A DNA stretch of 64,000 nucleotides from positions 10,861-74,860 of the forward strand of contig JBBRTJ010000001.1 in assembly GCA_038244535.1 (NCBI GenBank), in the 5' to 3' direction. Below the pieces are notes generated by a model. That model worked only from the letters and a program-made list of their open reading frames with translations. It searched no databases and was not told the DNA's origin. The stretch comes from Acidimicrobiales bacterium (GTDB lineage Bacteria; Actinomycetota; Acidimicrobiia; Acidimicrobiales; Ilumatobacteraceae). Made by a program: the position numbers and the translations under genes. This document shows positions 62,817 to 64,000 of this stretch, piece by piece; within the stretch, counting starts at the first letter, position 1, and each line of letters begins with the position of its first letter.

Positions 62817-64000
62817 ATGGAACTTGGCGTGATTGCGCTGGTGGTGCTGGGGATCGTGGTGGTGCTGGTCCTCGTGTTCAAGTCGATGTGGCGAGTCGCC
62901 GAACCCAACGAGGCCCTGATCATCTCGGGCCTCCACCAAGAGAAGCCCGTCGAGGGCGATGGCGGCACCAGCGGCATGCTGGGCTTCAAGATCGTGACCG
63001 GCAAGGGCACGTTGGTGCTCCCTGGGGTGCAGACCGTGCGGCGGCTCAGTCTCGACTTGCGCGAGGCCGACCTCGCCATCGACTGCGTGACCCATCAGGG
63101 GATCCCGCTCGGCATCCGCGGTGTGGTGATCTACAAGGTCGGCGACGACTTCGCGTCGATCGCCAACGCCGCCCGGCGGTTCCTCGACCAGCAGGACAAG
63201 ATGGACCAGCGGGTGCACAACGTGTTCTCGGGTCACCTGCGCGCCATCGTCGGCAACATGACCGTCGAGGAGATGATCCGCGACCGCGAGAAGCTCACCT
63301 CGCTCACGCGGTCGTCGTCGGGCTCTGAGATGGAGAAGCTCGGCCTGATCGTCGACTCGCTCCAGGTCCAAGAGATCGATGACCCGACGGGGTACATCAC
63401 CAACCTCGGTCGTCCCCACGCGGCGGCCATCGAGCGCGACGCCCGCATCGCCCAGGCGAACGCCGAGCAGAGCGCCACCGAGGCCGAGCAGAGCGCCGAG
63501 GCCAACAAGGCCCTGGCCCGCCGTGACTCCTCGATCAAGCAGGCAGGGTTCCAGGCCGAGATCGACCGTGCGTCGGCCACGGCCCGTCAGGCCGGCCCGT
63601 TGTCCGAGGCTGCCGCCAAGCAAGAGGTGGTGGTGCAGGAGACCAAGGTTGCCGAGCTCGAGGGCCAGCGCGAGGAGCAGCGCCTCCAGGTCTCGGTGCG
63701 CAAGCCCGCCGACGCCAAGGCCTACGAGCAGACGACGCTGGCCAAGGCCGACCGCGACGCCCGCGTGTCGGCCGCCGAGGCCCAAGCCCAAGAGGTCGAG
63801 CTGCAAGCCGGCGCCAACGCCCAGCGGGTCAAGCTCGAAGCCGGCGCCGAGGCCGACCGGGTCAAGCTCGCCGCCGGCGCCGAGGCCGAGCACGTCCGGG
63901 TCGAAGCCGGCGCCCGAGCCGAAGCGGTGCGGGCCATCGGCGACGCCGAAGCGGCCTCCACCCTGGCGCGCGGCACGGCCACGGCCGAAGCGGCCCGGGC
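62817..64000 (+). CDS. flotillin / SPFH (band 7) protein, 3' end outside the window
   Basis: Not in the ORF track because the frame runs off the window. My own translation from ATG 62817: MELGVIALVVLGIVVVLVLVFKSMWRVAEPNEALIISG..., an SPFH core followed by an Ala/Glu-rich coiled coil. Confidence 0.88.
   Translation, partial: MELGVIALVVLGIVVVLVLVFKSMWRVAEPNEALIISGLHQEKPVEGDGGTSGMLGFKIVTGKGTLVLPGVQTVRRLSLDLREADLAIDCVTHQGIPLGIRGVVIYKVGDDFASIANAARRFLDQQDKMDQRVHNVFSGHLRAIVGNMTVEEMIRDREKLTSLTRSSSGSEMEKLGLIVDSLQVQEIDDPTGYITNLGRPHAAAIERDARIAQANAEQSATEAEQSAEANKALARRDSSIKQAGFQAEIDRASATARQAGPLSEAAAKQEVVVQETKVAELEGQREEQRLQVSVRKPADAKAYEQTTLAKADRDARVSAAEAQAQEVELQAGANAQRVKLEAGAEADRVKLAAGAEAEHVRVEAGARAEAVRAIGDAEAASTLARGTATAEAAR

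Noticed and set aside
63400-64000. Ala/Glu/Gln-rich repetitive coding sequence.
   Set aside because: This is the expected coiled-coil region of flotillin/SPFH proteins, not a separate repeat feature.

Overview
High-GC bacterial chromosome segment with GC3-saturated codons. I did not compute GC content. Gene content and local synteny (galU-GNAT-moeA, FmdB-like/MTAP/SAF, moaA/moaC, sufB, DUF35+thiolase, many ATGA/GTGA stop-start overlaps) point to Actinomycetota, possibly Acidimicrobiia (inference). I support about 65 protein genes and one tRNA-Ala(CGC). I saw no rRNA, CRISPR array, transposase or integrase. Most genes are housekeeping or accessory metabolism: peptidases, Moco biosynthesis, a P450 operon, acyl-CoA enzymes, transporters and cell-envelope proteins. 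The stand-outs are as follows. (1) A photoactive-yellow-protein (PYP) homologue whose stop overlaps the start of a PAS-PAS-GGDEF diguanylate cyclase, on a visibly lower-GC patch. (2) A heliorhodopsin beside the tRNA, with a carotenoid cleavage oxygenase at the window edge. (3) A probable selenoprotein (read-through motif U-G-S-C) that the ORF track splits at an in-frame TGA. It has a SECIS-like hairpin and is translationally coupled to a thioredoxin-fold protein. (4) Two further genes interrupted by single in-frame stop codons: a PHP phosphoesterase (TGA) and an LLM monooxygenase (TAG), flanking a solitary sufB. (5) Two large orphan proteins of 592 and 614 aa. (6) Several perfect tandem duplications, including a 3 x 40-bp palindrome-bearing repeat upstream of moaA. 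Many long ORFs in the track are antisense or extension artefacts of high GC. I re-assigned starts using conserved N-termini, Shine-Dalgarno-like sequences and stop/start overlaps, so starts are approximate. All homology statements come from remembered family motifs, not from database searches.
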